The position numbers were made by a program, and so were the translations under genes. Positions 31,285 to 31,781 of a DNA stretch of 31,781 nt are shown one piece after another. The number at the start of each line of letters is the position of its first letter. Positions within the stretch are counted from its first letter, which is position 1. The notes under the pieces were generated by a model, which saw nothing but the letters and a program-made list of their open reading frames with translations, ran no database searches and was not told where the DNA came from. The stretch is taken from NCBI GenBank assembly GCA_001179505.1, contig CDMY01000678.1, positions 1 through 31,781 on the forward strand, read 5' to 3'. This stretch comes from Vitrella brassicaformis CCMP3155. Its lineage: Eukaryota > Protista > Chromerida.

Positions 31285-31781
31285 ACGGAGATTCAGGTGG
31301 CCTCCTCAGTTGATGTGTTTGTCTCGCCTACCGGGAGCTCCTTGATCGCACAACCATGACTGTGATACGGTCCCCTTGGTCATCAAGTCGCCATCTGCAA
31401 AGGAGCGAGCAGGGAGAGAGACAGAGCCGTCTCTGTTGCCAAGAAGAGCCACGAAGCAGCCACCGACACAGACAAAGAGGAGCAGCATGCATGAGGATGC
31501 TAGCGCACCGAGAGCATTGTGCGTGCCGTTCGCAACGAGATCGGCTTCGCAAGCGCCGTAGCCTGTAACAGGAGACGGAAGAATGATGATCGTTTACACG
31601 GAAGCATGGGCGACCAGCACGTCTGATCTAGAGTCGGTACGGATTTGCTCACGCAAAGACACAAACAATCGCAGAAACACATGCGCACCATACGGCATGG
31701 ATGATAGCAGCACCCTGATATAAACCGAACAGCCCATCAAACGCAATCACACAAGCGACTATCATATGCCCTACCAAACCC

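Overview
Eukaryotic, GC-rich, intron-dense genomic DNA with short GT-AG introns full of microsatellites and two 300-N scaffold gaps. The style and gene content point to a chromerid alveolate such as Vitrella brassicaformis (inference). The six-frame ORF track is mostly misleading, so genes were rebuilt by hand from splice signals with reading-frame checks. Left to right: a truncated member of a lineage-specific gene family (-); an ankyrin-repeat protein with a probable plastid-targeting leader (-); a possible AP2-like/tandem-KOW protein (+); a small secreted Cys-rich protein (+); an importin-alpha-like ARM gene with two frameshifts (-); a chimera of a collapsed cyclin fold, the lineage-specific domain and an acidic tail built from duplicated phase-1 mini-exons (+); a third family member with an N-myristoylation motif (+); a 23-exon, ~2114-aa USP deubiquitinase that strongly resembles Plasmodium UBP1 (-); peroxisomal 2,4-dienoyl-CoA reductase ending in SRL (+); a TMEM237-like membrane protein (-); a decayed intronless tandem PD-(D/E)XK nuclease gene (+); and an orphan ORF (-). 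The most interesting signals are the cyclin chimera and N-terminus-swapping family, the AC...GT complementary intron architecture, the UBP1-like enzyme carrying AP-2-type binding motifs, and the virus-like nuclease relic. Family assignments come from recalled motifs, not database searches. No rRNA, tRNA or CRISPR array was seen.
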